Positions 49,245 to 58,938 are shown, counted from the stretch's first letter. The stretch is 64,000 bases of DNA from an uncultured delta proteobacterium (GCA_963772835.1 CAVYYZ010000003.1:96001-160000), one strand, 5' to 3'. Numbers and translations are program-made. Notes: a model not told the origin generated them from the sequence alone.

Positions 49245-51014
49245 TCAGACAATCTTCCTGAGCTCTTCCAGCAAATCAGCCAGGACATCATACCCCTTTT
49301 GCCAGAATCCGCTATCGGTGATGTCAATACCGGCAAGACGGGCGGTATCGGCCGGTGAAAGTGACCCGCCCGATTCCAGCAGATCATGATACCCCGGCTT
49401 GAACGAATCGCCATCCTCGCGATACTTCTGAAAAAGTGCCAGTACCAGCAGTTCGGCGAATGTGTAGGAGTAACAGTAAAATCTGCTGTGGATAAAGTGA
49501 CTGATGTAACTCCATCCCCAGCGATAGGCGGGTATCATCTCTACGGAATCGCCATACAACTTGCCGTTTTCCTCCAGCCAGATTTCAGCTATACGGTCAT
49601 TCGATAGCAACCCCCCCGTCCGTTCATTGTGCAGGCGGAGTTCAAAGCGTGTCAACACGGTCTGACGAAAAGTCGTGGCGATGATGTCTTCAATTTTAGC
49701 GCAGAGCAGTGACCTGCGTACGATCGGGTCCTGTTCACTGTCAAGCAGTCTTCTGGTCAGCAGCATTTCTCCGAAAACTGATGCTGTTTCGGCCAGCGGG
49801 AGAGGAGCATGATAATTCAGCATACTCTGTTTTTGCGAGACAACAAAATGAAGACCATGCCCTGCTTCATGGGCTATAGTGGCAAGGTCACGTAAGGTGC
49901 CGGTAAAATTCAGCAGCAGAAACGGTGGTGAATCCGGCGATATCCCCATGGCGAAAGCCCCCCCCGATTTTCCGGTCCGGGGCTGAACGTCGACACGTCT
50001 TTCGGTGAAAAATGCATCGACAATTTTACCGAATTCAGAGTCGTACTGCCGGTATGAATCGACTACAAGTTCGCGTGCTTCCTCAAATGTATAGTTTCGC
50101 TCCACTTCGGCAACAGGAGCGTAGATATCGCAATTTCTCAGTTTTTCCATGTTCAGCATTCCAGCCTTGATTTTGAAATACTCCTGAGCAAGACCGTAAT
50201 TTGCTTCAGTTACGCACATCAGGTGCTCAACTGCTTCATCCGGAATCTCATTTCCGATATTGGTCGGCTGGATCGGCGTCTGATATTGACGTAATTCCAT
50301 CTCTTGACGGTAGTCGAGTGCCATATTATTGAAAACCGCATTGTACACGATACCGTGTTCTCCGTGACGTTCCAGAAAAAGTGTCATTGCTCTGAATCTG
50401 ACATCAGCAGAAGTATGATGCAGGAGCGCAAGCAGTTCTTCGCCGGTTAATTCCTTCACTGTGCCATCAAGTTCAAAATGGTAGCTGAATGATGCGGAAA
50501 GCTCATCAAACAGTTTGGAAAATGCGTGGACCCCGGTCAGGTCTTTCCGGGTCAGGAGTCGTTCCTCATTCTCTTTAAGGGTGTGAGGACGGAATTTGCG
50601 GATTCCTTCCAAAAAATGAAGATAGCCGGCTGCTTCGGGAAGTACACGGAATGACGCAAAGCGCTCATCGCTCAGTTCCATCAGCTCAAGATCAAAAAAC
50701 AGCAGCTGCTGAGAAAGCCGGCTGCCAAGTTCTGAACATCTTTGGGAAAGGGCCCGGAAAACTTCATTCCCCGAGTTTTCAGCGAACAGCAGATGAGCAA
50801 AGCAAAACGGTTTTGCCATACGGGTTTGGAGCGCCTCATACTCACAGATGGCGGTCAGAAGAGCCGTGTTGTCCAGTGCGGCTATCTTTTCAAAATAGGT
50901 CGCCCGGAAATCGGATGCAAGTTGTTCAAACGAATTCAGATCGAAATCTAGTTCCGGAGAATCCGGGGCAGGGTAGAGTAGTGAGGTGTCCCAGGTTAAA
51001 TTGTCGATGGTCAT
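49245..51014 (-). CDS. pepF: M3B oligoendopeptidase F
   Basis: WD-x2-LLY, GKSGGAF, TIAHEAGH, AETASVFGE and HF-x4-FYCYSY. Confidence 0.92.
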   Translation of the reverse strand: MTIDNLTWDTSLLYPAPDSPELDFDLNSFEQLASDFRATYFEKIAALDNTALLTAICEYEALQTRMAKPFCFAHLLFAENSGNEVFRALSQRCSELGSRLSQQLLFFDLELMELSDERFASFRVLPEAAGYLHFLEGIRKFRPHTLKENEERLLTRKDLTGVHAFSKLFDELSASFSYHFELDGTVKELTGEELLALLHHTSADVRFRAMTLFLERHGEHGIVYNAVFNNMALDYRQEMELRQYQTPIQPTNIGNEIPDEAVEHLMCVTEANYGLAQEYFKIKAGMLNMEKLRNCDIYAPVAEVERNYTFEEARELVVDSYRQYDSEFGKIVDAFFTERRVDVQPRTGKSGGAFAMGISPDSPPFLLLNFTGTLRDLATIAHEAGHGLHFVVSQKQSMLNYHAPLPLAETASVFGEMLLTRRLLDSEQDPIVRRSLLCAKIEDIIATTFRQTVLTRFELRLHNERTGGLLSNDRIAEIWLEENGKLYGDSVEMIPAYRWGWSYISHFIHSRFYCYSYTFAELLVLALFQKYREDGDSFKPGYHDLLESGGSLSPADTARLAGIDITDSGFWQKGYDVLADLLEELRKIV

Positions 51015-51162
51015 TTTTGAGGCTCCAAACATGTTTATTTTTCTGCACACTACACTGGATACAGCTACTCGTCAAGGCGGGCCGGGAAATGAACTGCAAA
51101 AGAAATCGTCAGAAAAACATTGACACGTCATAGTAAGTTTGCTAAACAAGCGGCTTACTTGT

Positions 51163-51238
51163 GGGGCTGTAGCTCAGCTGGGAGAGCGCCTGACTGGCAG
51201 TCAGGAGGTCGACAGTTCGATCCTGTTCAGCTCCACCA
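51163..51238 (+). tRNA. tRNA-Ala (anticodon GGC)
   Basis: GGGGCTGTAGCTCAGCTGGGAGAGCG-CCTGA-CTGGCAG-TCAGG...GTTCGATCC...CAGCTCCACCA, with the G3:U70 identity pair. Confidence 0.97.
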
Positions 51239-51246
51239 AATAATTC

Positions 51247-51278
51247 AAGGACTTAGCTATTTGCTAGGTCCTTTTTTT
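51247..51278 (+). terminator. Intrinsic terminator after tRNA-Ala
   Basis: AAGGACTTAGC / GCTAGGTCCTT followed by a T run. Confidence 0.8.
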
Positions 51279-51343
51279 GTTCAGAATGACTGTAACAGGT
51301 CAGTTGTTTGTGTGCTTATTTTAAAGTAAAGAACGTAAAACGA

Positions 51344-51811
51344 CTACGCGTCATGTCGTTTTTCCAGATCCAATAGTTTCTTTTTAATTTCCAGCCCGCC
51401 CCGGTAGCCAACCAGCCTTCCGTCTGCGCCAATGACCCGATGGCATGGAATAAACAGTGGAATGGGATTCCTGTTGTTCGCCATTCCCACAGCACGACAC
51501 GCCTTTGGGTTTCCGGCAGCGATTGCAATCTCCTTATAGCTGGCAGTTTTTCCATAAGGAACTCCGCAGAGAATCTCCCATACCAACCGCATGAAAACGG
51601 TACCGCAGGGGGCAAGCGGCAGTGAAAACGACTGCAGCTCTCCAGCAAGATATGCATCCAGTTGCCGAAAGGCCTCTTTTATGACTTCTGTTTCACACCT
51701 TGGTACGCTCTGCGGGAAAGAGTCCGTTTCAAAATAAAGATTAGTAATGCTGCCATTTTCTTCCGCAATGCCGATTCGTCCGATGGGCGTGCTGTTAAAA
51801 TACAGATTCAT
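51344..51811 (-). CDS. ogt: Methylated-DNA--protein-cysteine methyltransferase
   Basis: VPYG-x-T-x-SY, RAVG-x-A-x2-RNP, the PCHRV active site and GY-x-GGL. Confidence 0.95.
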   Translation of the reverse strand: MNLYFNSTPIGRIGIAEENGSITNLYFETDSFPQSVPRCETEVIKEAFRQLDAYLAGELQSFSLPLAPCGTVFMRLVWEILCGVPYGKTASYKEIAIAAGNPKACRAVGMANNRNPIPLFIPCHRVIGADGRLVGYRGGLEIKKKLLDLEKRHDA

Positions 51812-51838
51812 CTGCGTGTACCTCCGGGACACTCACAT

Positions 51839-53179
51839 TTACCGCAGACATTGAAACACTCCCATACACCAGAGGCATGAGCCGCAAGGAACATTTCTGA
51901 TATGGCAGTCCTGCTGAAACTTATCGGTCTGCACATAGTCGCACGGAGCAAGACCGCAACTTGCACAGGACGGGTAATCGTAGGCAAGCACATCCGTACG
52001 GAATGCAGTGAATTCCGGGTTACCCCAAATGCTCAGCAAGTCCTGTTCCGCCAGATTACCGAAAATTTTCGGTTTTACCGTCTGATTCCATCCGCTCGCA
52101 TAGCACTCGTAACGATGCCAGAGAAAGTAACAGGGAGAAATATCGCCGTTCCACGATACGAAGGCACTTCCCTCCTCGACAAAGCTGCACTTCCGCTGCT
52201 CCTTGAGAGCCAACTCCGGTAAGCGCAACTCCAGACCTGTCCTGAGGGCCACAGCTTCTGCCGCAGCAAAAATGGCGGCTATCTCATCCAGTCTCTGATG
52301 TTCCAGCTGGAGGAGCTTTTTTATGTCGAGCATTATTCCCTGCTGCTCAGCCTCGGCCTTCATCGCTTCAACCCGATCCACGATGGCCTGTTCATCGGCG
52401 GTGCGAGTGTATTTCCACCGTACTTCATAGTATCGCTTCATATCGATTCCAGAACCAGTTGCTTTGTGGCGCCAGGTGTTATAGAGCGCCAACGCCTGAT
52501 CAGTAATGTTGCAGAACACCGCTTCATGGGCGTGCCGTTCGTCGTAGGGGAGTACATGGGTGACAATGGCAAAGCGAGCCCCGCGGCTGGCCGCCCACTC
52601 AAGGGTCGCCGGAAGCTCACTGATATTGCTGTTCATCGCCACAAATTCAATTCCTATCTTCACTTCAGGCCGATTGCAGGCGATCCTGGCGTTATTTAAT
52701 GCTGATAAAGCCATCTCTACGGCATCCACATTCCCACCCTCGCGGATTTTTTTGAATTGCTCAGGGGCAATGGCGTCAACAGAGATGCATATCGTGTCGA
52801 GTCCGGCATCAAACAGTGACTCCGCGCGAAGCGGCGTCATCAGAACCCCGTTCGACTGGAATCCGATCCACCCCGAGTGCGGCATCAGCTTTTTCGCCCT
52901 GCGTATATATGACTCAAGATAAGGATTCAGAAGCGGTTCGCCGATGCCGTTGAGAATGAGCACATCAACGTGCGGCAACGCAGCTTCAAGACGAGCGAAC
53001 AGCTCAGGTGAAAAATCCCCTTCGAAGACTTCGCTCCCCTGGTTTTGTTTGACGCACATAAAGCAGTTGAGGTTGCAGCGGGTTGTTGTCTCGACAAATA
53101 ACTTGGTAGGGAAGTCACGCAAAGCGGGCCCGGATAGGCTTGTATCAGAATTGCACATATCGATGCCGGTTTCTTTCAC
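51839..53179 (-). CDS. Radical SAM/SPASM protein, putative metalloenzyme maturase
   Basis: CNLNCFMC (CX3CX2C), GIGEPLL and a Cys-rich C-terminus (C...G-x-ISPC...CASC-x3-PC...C...PCGSCLWC-x5-C). Divergent from aor. Confidence 0.85.
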   Translation of the reverse strand: MKETGIDMCNSDTSLSGPALRDFPTKLFVETTTRCNLNCFMCVKQNQGSEVFEGDFSPELFARLEAALPHVDVLILNGIGEPLLNPYLESYIRRAKKLMPHSGWIGFQSNGVLMTPLRAESLFDAGLDTICISVDAIAPEQFKKIREGGNVDAVEMALSALNNARIACNRPEVKIGIEFVAMNSNISELPATLEWAASRGARFAIVTHVLPYDERHAHEAVFCNITDQALALYNTWRHKATGSGIDMKRYYEVRWKYTRTADEQAIVDRVEAMKAEAEQQGIMLDIKKLLQLEHQRLDEIAAIFAAAEAVALRTGLELRLPELALKEQRKCSFVEEGSAFVSWNGDISPCYFLWHRYECYASGWNQTVKPKIFGNLAEQDLLSIWGNPEFTAFRTDVLAYDYPSCASCGLAPCDYVQTDKFQQDCHIRNVPCGSCLWCMGVFQCLR

Positions 53180-53569
53180 AGTATTTTCACTATTAATTGC
53201 CCGGGTTTTGTTTTCAACATCTCACTTGTTGTGGTATCTGAAATCAGAACACACAATAACGGATTAATTTCGTCCATAGTACGATGTACGCCCGCACTTT
53301 GATAGTTCTTTCTCATTATTTTTGCAATGATCATCTCGAAAAATGTCTGAATTTATTTGCCTTGATTTACGATATAATAACACGCTTTGCAGAAGAAAAA
53401 AAATGTCCTTATTGCGCAGATCCCTTTTCGGTGGTATGTAATTACTATGGCAGATAGAACATTGATTCTCGTGCGTTATCTTGGTGTATTAACTTGAAAA
53501 TACACGTCTCTGCCTGATTTTCGCTCTTCTGAAAATTGAACAAAGGTGTACGTGATATAAATCCATTTT

Positions 53570-53660
53570 ACTCCGAGCCTGCCCGCCTGCCGGAACCCTC
53601 CAACGGCAGCAGGCCATTGGGTTGCACGGGAAATTGCGCAGCCTTCCTTTGAAAAGGAGA
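53570..53660 (+). ncRNA. Moco/Wco (molybdenum/tungsten cofactor) riboswitch-like leader
   Basis: CTCCGAGCCTGC...GCAGGC, GGGTTGC-x2-GGGAAAT-x3-GCAGCCT and TCCTTTGAAAAGGAG match the Moco RNA layout. Directly upstream of aor. Confidence 0.75.
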
Positions 53661-53703
53661 ATTTCACCTGTGTTCAGCACAGGAAAAGGGAAAGGAGAAC
53701 AGT

Positions 53704-55440
53704 ATGGACAAGATAGCCCGGATTGACATGGGGGCCGCAGGCGGCCCGAAAGTAACAGTAGACGGCCTCGGTGAATATTCGGGCCTCGGCGGCAGGGCGA
53801 TGACCTCTCTGATAGTCGCTGCTGAAGTTCATCCACTTGCCCACGCGCTCGGTGCGGAAAACAAACTGGTCATTTCCCCCGGTATGCTGAGCGGCACGGT
53901 CGGTTCCATGACCGGACGCCTCTCTGTCGGATGCAAAAGTCCTCTGACCGGAACCATAAAAGAGTCAAATGCCGGTGGTCAGGCTGCCCAGGTGCTGGCC
54001 AGACTCGGTTACGCAGCCGTCATCCTCGAAGGGAAACCGATAGGTGACGATCTCTACAAGATATTTATTTCCAAGGACGGCATCAAAGTCATCGTCGACA
54101 ACAGCCTCAAGCTGATGGACAACTACCCGCTGATCACAAAACTTCGTCAGGAATACGGCGATAAAGTCGCCTACATGAGCATCGGTTCTGCCGGCGAGCG
54201 TAAGATGCTGTCGGCCTCTATCGCCTGTACCGACCCTGAATTGCGTCCGACCCGGCACTGCGGTCGCGGTGGAGTCGGCGCCGTCATGGGGGCAAAACGC
54301 GTCAAGGCGATCATCATCGATGATACCGGTACAACAATGCGTCCACCGAAAGACCCGGACGCCTATCGCGATGCCAACCGTAAATTCGTTGAAGGACTGC
54401 GTAAACATCCGGTCACCGGCGAAGGTCTTCCCGCGTACGGGACCAACGTACTGACCAACGTGCTGAACGAAGCCGGCGGATATCCGACAAACAACTTCAA
54501 AACAGGCCAGTTTGCCGGGGGGGCTAAAATCAGCGGCGAAGCCCAGGCCGAATTGGAAATCAAACGGGGCGGCTCAGCCACCCACGGCTGCCACCGCGGC
54601 TGCGTCATCCAGTGTTCCGGAGTGTATAACGACAAGGACGGTAATTACGTCACCAAACAGCCCGAGTATGAAACGGTCTGGTCACACGGCGGCAACTGCG
54701 GAATCGACGATCTCGATACCATTGCCCGTCTTGACTACATGGACGACAATATCGGCGTCGATACCATCGAAATGGGTGTCACCATCGGTGTAGCCATGGA
54801 AGCCGGCGTTATTGAGTTCGGCAACCGCGCGGGTGCCATCAGGCTGCTGGAAGAAGTAGGCAAGGGGACACCCATGGGGCGTATTCTGGGGAGCGGCGCA
54901 GCCGTGACCGGCAAGGTTTTCGGCGTTGAACGGGTGCCGGTCGTCAAGGACCAGGCCCTGCCGGCCTATGATCCACGTGCTATTCAAGGAATCGGAGTCA
55001 CCTACGCGACGACGACCCAGGGAGCAGACCACACTGCCGGTTATGCAATTGCCACCAACATCCTCAAAGTCGGCGGCGATGTCGATCCACTCAAGACCGA
55101 AGGGCAGATTGAGCTATCGCGCAATCTGCAGATTGCTACCGCAGCGATCGACTCCACCGGCATGTGTCTGTTCATTGCATTTGCCATTCTGGATCAGCCT
55201 GAGACGTTCCAGGCGCTGCTGGACATGCTCGGATCCTTTCACGGCGTCACCATGACCGGAGATGATGTCGTTGCACTCGGCAAACGGGTCCTTTCCGCCG
55301 AGCGGGATTTTAATACCCGCGCCGGCTTCACCACGCATCATGACCGTCTGCCTCGCTTCTTCTACAACGAGCCGATTGCACCGCACAACCAGACGTTCCT
55401 GATGAAGGACGAAGAGCTGGACGAAGTCTTTAACTGGTAG
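53704..55440 (+). CDS. aor: Tungsten-type aldehyde:ferredoxin oxidoreductase
   Basis: KSPLTG-x-IKESNAGG, GRGG-x-GAVMG-x-K, C-x2-GC-x3-C, PEYET and YDPR. Confidence 0.93.
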   Translation: MDKIARIDMGAAGGPKVTVDGLGEYSGLGGRAMTSLIVAAEVHPLAHALGAENKLVISPGMLSGTVGSMTGRLSVGCKSPLTGTIKESNAGGQAAQVLARLGYAAVILEGKPIGDDLYKIFISKDGIKVIVDNSLKLMDNYPLITKLRQEYGDKVAYMSIGSAGERKMLSASIACTDPELRPTRHCGRGGVGAVMGAKRVKAIIIDDTGTTMRPPKDPDAYRDANRKFVEGLRKHPVTGEGLPAYGTNVLTNVLNEAGGYPTNNFKTGQFAGGAKISGEAQAELEIKRGGSATHGCHRGCVIQCSGVYNDKDGNYVTKQPEYETVWSHGGNCGIDDLDTIARLDYMDDNIGVDTIEMGVTIGVAMEAGVIEFGNRAGAIRLLEEVGKGTPMGRILGSGAAVTGKVFGVERVPVVKDQALPAYDPRAIQGIGVTYATTTQGADHTAGYAIATNILKVGGDVDPLKTEGQIELSRNLQIATAAIDSTGMCLFIAFAILDQPETFQALLDMLGSFHGVTMTGDDVVALGKRVLSAERDFNTRAGFTTHHDRLPRFFYNEPIAPHNQTFLMKDEELDEVFNW

Positions 55441-55468
55441 TACGGCGTCATGTTTTCCGCCATCTCGA

Positions 55469-55540
55469 CCCCGTCCTCAGAACTTCCTTGTCGGCGTAGC
55501 TCTACTTACTACGTCTCCATGGAGTTCTTGCGGGCGGGGG
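55469..55540. repeat. Long imperfect palindrome (REP/MITE-like) after aor
   Basis: CCCCGTCC..AGAACTTCC..GCGTAG-N9-CTACGT..GGAGTTCT..GGGCGGGG. Confidence 0.55.
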
Positions 55541-55585
55541 CGTGAATCTGAATTTCTCTGCGACGTCTTACCCCTGGAGTCAACT

Positions 55586-56161
55586 GTGCAACTACCGAGT
55601 CTTGGCCCGTTACCAGATGCCCCGGAATTTCAAACAGTGGAACTGGCGCTGGCCGCAGACAATTTGAATATCTTCTTTCCGATGTTCCAGGAGGGGGTGA
55701 CGGTCCCGGTCGCAGTCGGCTGTACACTTAAAAGCCTGCTCTGTGACCAGTTCAGAATACCGGAAGATTATGTAACTGACCGGATAACAACCATTTTTAT
55801 CAATAATCGTCCAGTGGATGACCTTGGAAGTACAATTATACAGGATGGTTCGCGTGTAACCCTATCAGCCGCCATGCCGGGTCTTGTCGGTGCAACCATG
55901 AGGCGCGGCGGGTTCTATGCAGCGTTGCGCCAGGGGATCAGCTATGTAGCAGATGGCGGAGCCGCTGCAGGCAAGTCCGGCTCTGTCCGTCTCAAACTTT
56001 TCAATCTGCTGCTTGCTGAACTCGGGCCCACTCTATTGGCGCATGGCCTGATTGTCGAGCGGAATGATCTGGCCGTTCTGCTGACAAACGTACCCTCACA
56101 ACCAGAATTACCCCCTGTCGGCTCGAGTCATGTGCTCCTGCGAGTTTTTATCTACGAGTGA
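55586..56161 (+). CDS. Hypothetical protein with an internal MoaD/ThiS-like beta-grasp
   Basis: TIFINNRPVDDL...IQDG-x2-V-x-LS resembles the ThiS/MoaD core but there is no terminal GG. Located in the aor operon. Confidence 0.6.
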   Translation: MQLPSLGPLPDAPEFQTVELALAADNLNIFFPMFQEGVTVPVAVGCTLKSLLCDQFRIPEDYVTDRITTIFINNRPVDDLGSTIIQDGSRVTLSAAMPGLVGATMRRGGFYAALRQGISYVADGGAAAGKSGSVRLKLFNLLLAELGPTLLAHGLIVERNDLAVLLTNVPSQPELPPVGSSHVLLRVFIYE

Positions 56162-56165
56162 AACA

Positions 56166-56390
56166 ATGAAAATAACCGTAAAACTGTTTGCTTCATTCCG
56201 TACCGGTCGTTTCGACATTGAAACCGGTGATTATCCTGCCGGAACCACCGTGGCTGATGTGGCAGACACGTTGAAACTGCCGCAGTCGGAGTTGGGAATC
56301 ATGATGGTCAACAGCCGGCATGTCAAACACGACCGGCTGCTTGTTGATGGCGATACACTCGCGCTCTTTCCACTTCTTGGCGGAGGGTGA
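56166..56390 (+). CDS. MoaD/ThiS-family sulfur carrier
   Basis: MKITVKLFA-x-FR...DGD-x-LALFPLLGGG (C-terminal GG). Confidence 0.9.
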   Translation: MKITVKLFASFRTGRFDIETGDYPAGTTVADVADTLKLPQSELGIMMVNSRHVKHDRLLVDGDTLALFPLLGGG

Positions 56391-56391
56391 G

Positions 56392-57234
56392 ATGGACTCT
56401 CTATCGATATTCATACACGATCACGCCGTTAACCAACTGCTCCTCTGGTACAGCCAGGTCGAGGCCGCCGGTCATTTCAGTGTGACCATTGCTCAGGTTG
56501 AAGAGCTTGCTCTGGAACAGGGCATCCTGCCTGCCCGTTATCAGCGTAATAGCCAGGCCATACCGGTCGGTGACCAGTTAACGCTTTTCCGCAGTTCTGT
56601 GGCAGTGATCGGCTGCGGCGGTCTGGGGGGATATGTTGTGGAGGAATTGGCCCGTCTGGGGGTCGGTCGGATAATTGTAATCGATCCCGATGTTTTCGAG
56701 GAGCATAACCTGAACCGGCAGCTGTTCAGCACAACGGCCAATCTGGGCACAGCCAAGGTAGAAGCAGCTGCCAGGCGGATACGTGACATTAATCCCGCCG
56801 TTACTCTTGTGCCTGTTCAGGATACATTTTCTCCTGCTAATGGAGCGGGGCTTCTCGGTGGCTGTCAGATAGCCGTTGATGCACTCGACTCGATACGGGT
56901 CCGGCTTGAGTTGGCGGATGCCTGCACAGTTCTGAATATTCCCCTCGTACATGGTGCCATCGCCGGGTGGTTCGGGCATGTCGCTACCCAGTTTCCGGGA
57001 GACAACACGATTCAAACAATCTATGGCGCCTGGAAGGGGGGCAAGGGTGTTGAACAGACGCTGGGAAATCCCTCTTTTACTCCTGCGTTAGTTGCCAGCC
57101 TCGAAGTTGCCGAAGTCTGCAAACTGCTGCTCGGACAAGGAACGACTTTGCGGGGTCGTCAGTTACTAATTGATCTGTTTTCAATGGAGTTTAACGTACT
57201 ACATAATAATGAGAGTCACAGCGAATTGGTATGA
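56392..57234 (+). CDS. MoeB/ThiF-family adenylyltransferase
   Basis: RY-x-RN, GCGGLG, D-x-D-x-FE-x2-NLNRQ and DALD. Confidence 0.9.
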   Translation: MDSLSIFIHDHAVNQLLLWYSQVEAAGHFSVTIAQVEELALEQGILPARYQRNSQAIPVGDQLTLFRSSVAVIGCGGLGGYVVEELARLGVGRIIVIDPDVFEEHNLNRQLFSTTANLGTAKVEAAARRIRDINPAVTLVPVQDTFSPANGAGLLGGCQIAVDALDSIRVRLELADACTVLNIPLVHGAIAGWFGHVATQFPGDNTIQTIYGAWKGGKGVEQTLGNPSFTPALVASLEVAEVCKLLLGQGTTLRGRQLLIDLFSMEFNVLHNNESHSELV

Positions 57235-57250
57235 AAGCCGTTGCGGAAAA

Positions 57251-57328
57251 AAAGACGGCGTGCTGGAAATCAAGATGCCGAAGAGTGAAGCAGAAAAGCA
57301 GAAGAAGCGAAAAATTAAAGTGGAATAG
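57251..57328 (+). pseudogene. 3' remnant of an Hsp20/alpha-crystallin small heat-shock gene
   Basis: Translates KDGVLEIKMPKSEAEKQKKRKIKVE* (DGVL-x-I-x2-PK plus an I-x-V tail). No homologous N-terminal part. Confidence 0.65.
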
Positions 57329-57384
57329 GCATCAACATATATGGTTGAAGAATCATATTTGAGACTGGCTTTTCAAGTTTTACC

Positions 57385-57428
57385 AAAAAAATAAATGGGG
57401 TCCGCAATTTACGGATCTCATTTATTTT
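57385..57428. terminator. Hairpin terminator between the convergent aor and prs loci
   Basis: AAAATAAATGGGGTCCG / CGGATCTCATTTATTTT. Confidence 0.65.
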
Positions 57429-57458
57429 ATTTACCACTGTTCATGATTCATTTTATGA

Positions 57459-58841
57459 TTATTGCTGTTCCATTGATTTTGCTAAATTATGTTTTTTTAC
57501 CAGGTCATAGAGTGTCGGCCTACTTATTCCCAGCTCCTCTGCCGCCTTTGCCATGTTATTTTTCCGGTTTTCTATGGCGGCAATAACCATGTCGCGCTCA
57601 ACCATCTCGCGGGCATCCTTCAGAGTAAGGTTTATAAAAGAGTGGACTCCATCCTTGACTGTCTTCAGTGAAAAATCGAGGGATTCCGGTTCAATGATTG
57701 AACTATCGGACATGATGACAGCCCGCTGTACTTTGTTTTCCAATTCCCGTACATTTCCGGGCCAATCGTATGATTCGAGTCTTTTTACGGATTCGATGCT
57801 GAAGCGCCGCGTCTTTTTCCCGTACTCTTTACAGTAGCGTTGCAGAAAAAAGTTTGCCAGTAGAATGACGTCATCTCCGCGTTCGCGAAGTGCAGGAAGT
57901 TTGATATGGATAACCGAGAGCCGGTAGTAAAGATCTTCACGAAAGGCACCGGCCTCAGTCTCTTTGATGATGTCTCTGTTGGTGGCAGCAATGATATGGG
58001 CATCAACAGCGATATCCTCTCTTCCTCCGACCCGTTGAATGGTTTTTTCCTGTAGAAAACGGAGCAGTTTGACTTGTAAGTTGAGCGGCAGTTCTCCTAT
58101 TTCGTCGAGGAAGAGGGTGCCTCTGTTGGCATATTCAACTTTCCCCTGAACACGCGCATTGGCGCCGCTGTATGCTCCCTTCTCATAACCGAACAGCTCT
58201 GACTCAAGCAGATTTTCAGGAATTGCTCCACAATTAATGGCTATGAAATCCTTTGTCTTTCTCGGGCTGAGTTCGTGGATCGCCTTGGCTACCAATTCTT
58301 TCCCGGTGCCGCTTTCACCGGTAATAAGTACTGCCACGTCTGATGAAGCTACCTTGCGAATTGAAGAGAAAACTTCCAGCATACGCGGCGATGTGCCAAT
58401 TATCCCCCCTGGATTGAGATCCTGGAGGTCGATTCTGTTTTGCAGCCGTGAATTTTCAATTTCAATGGCTGCCAGGTGAAAGGCTCTTTTGAGGATGACC
58501 TTCAATTCTGTCAGATCTATGGGTTTACAGTAATAATCGTACGCCCCGCTCTGGACGGCTCTCAAAGCGTTTTCCCGTTCATCATTGCCGGTAATCATTA
58601 TCACTTTTGTAGCGGGAGCACGGCGCAAAATTTCTTCAAGGCAGCGAAAACCTTCCTCGCATCCCGATTCTTCAGGAGGCAGTCCGAGGTCAAGTGTAAT
58701 CACTTTTGGAGAATGTTTTTTTATCAGCGAGAGAGCCTCAAGGCGGTCGCCGGCACCAAAAACCTCATATTCCTTAACGAGTCCCCAGCTGAGTTGTCGC
58801 CGTATTTCCTCGTTGTCTTCGACTATGACGAGCTTTTCCAT
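57459..58841 (-). CDS. prsR: PEP-CTERM-system sigma54 response regulator
   Basis: Receiver TLDLGLPP...EEGF, GESGTGKE, LFLDEIG, WPGNVREL and a Fis-type HTH; adjacent to prsK. Confidence 0.88.
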   Translation of the reverse strand: MEKLVIVEDNEEIRRQLSWGLVKEYEVFGAGDRLEALSLIKKHSPKVITLDLGLPPEESGCEEGFRCLEEILRRAPATKVIMITGNDERENALRAVQSGAYDYYCKPIDLTELKVILKRAFHLAAIEIENSRLQNRIDLQDLNPGGIIGTSPRMLEVFSSIRKVASSDVAVLITGESGTGKELVAKAIHELSPRKTKDFIAINCGAIPENLLESELFGYEKGAYSGANARVQGKVEYANRGTLFLDEIGELPLNLQVKLLRFLQEKTIQRVGGREDIAVDAHIIAATNRDIIKETEAGAFREDLYYRLSVIHIKLPALRERGDDVILLANFFLQRYCKEYGKKTRRFSIESVKRLESYDWPGNVRELENKVQRAVIMSDSSIIEPESLDFSLKTVKDGVHSFINLTLKDAREMVERDMVIAAIENRKNNMAKAAEELGISRPTLYDLVKKHNLAKSMEQQ

Positions 58842-58938
58842 AAATACCTTGTGGTATGTGCAGAGTTTTTAAACTAATTAATCATTGCCGCGCTTATATG
58901 CAGAAAAAAGTAAACCGTGCCCTGCTGTCAAGATGTTG

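Noticed and set aside
53180..53569. ModE/TunR-type operator between the rSAM gene and aor
   Set aside because: The region is AT-rich with only partial half-site resemblance; no convincing dyad.
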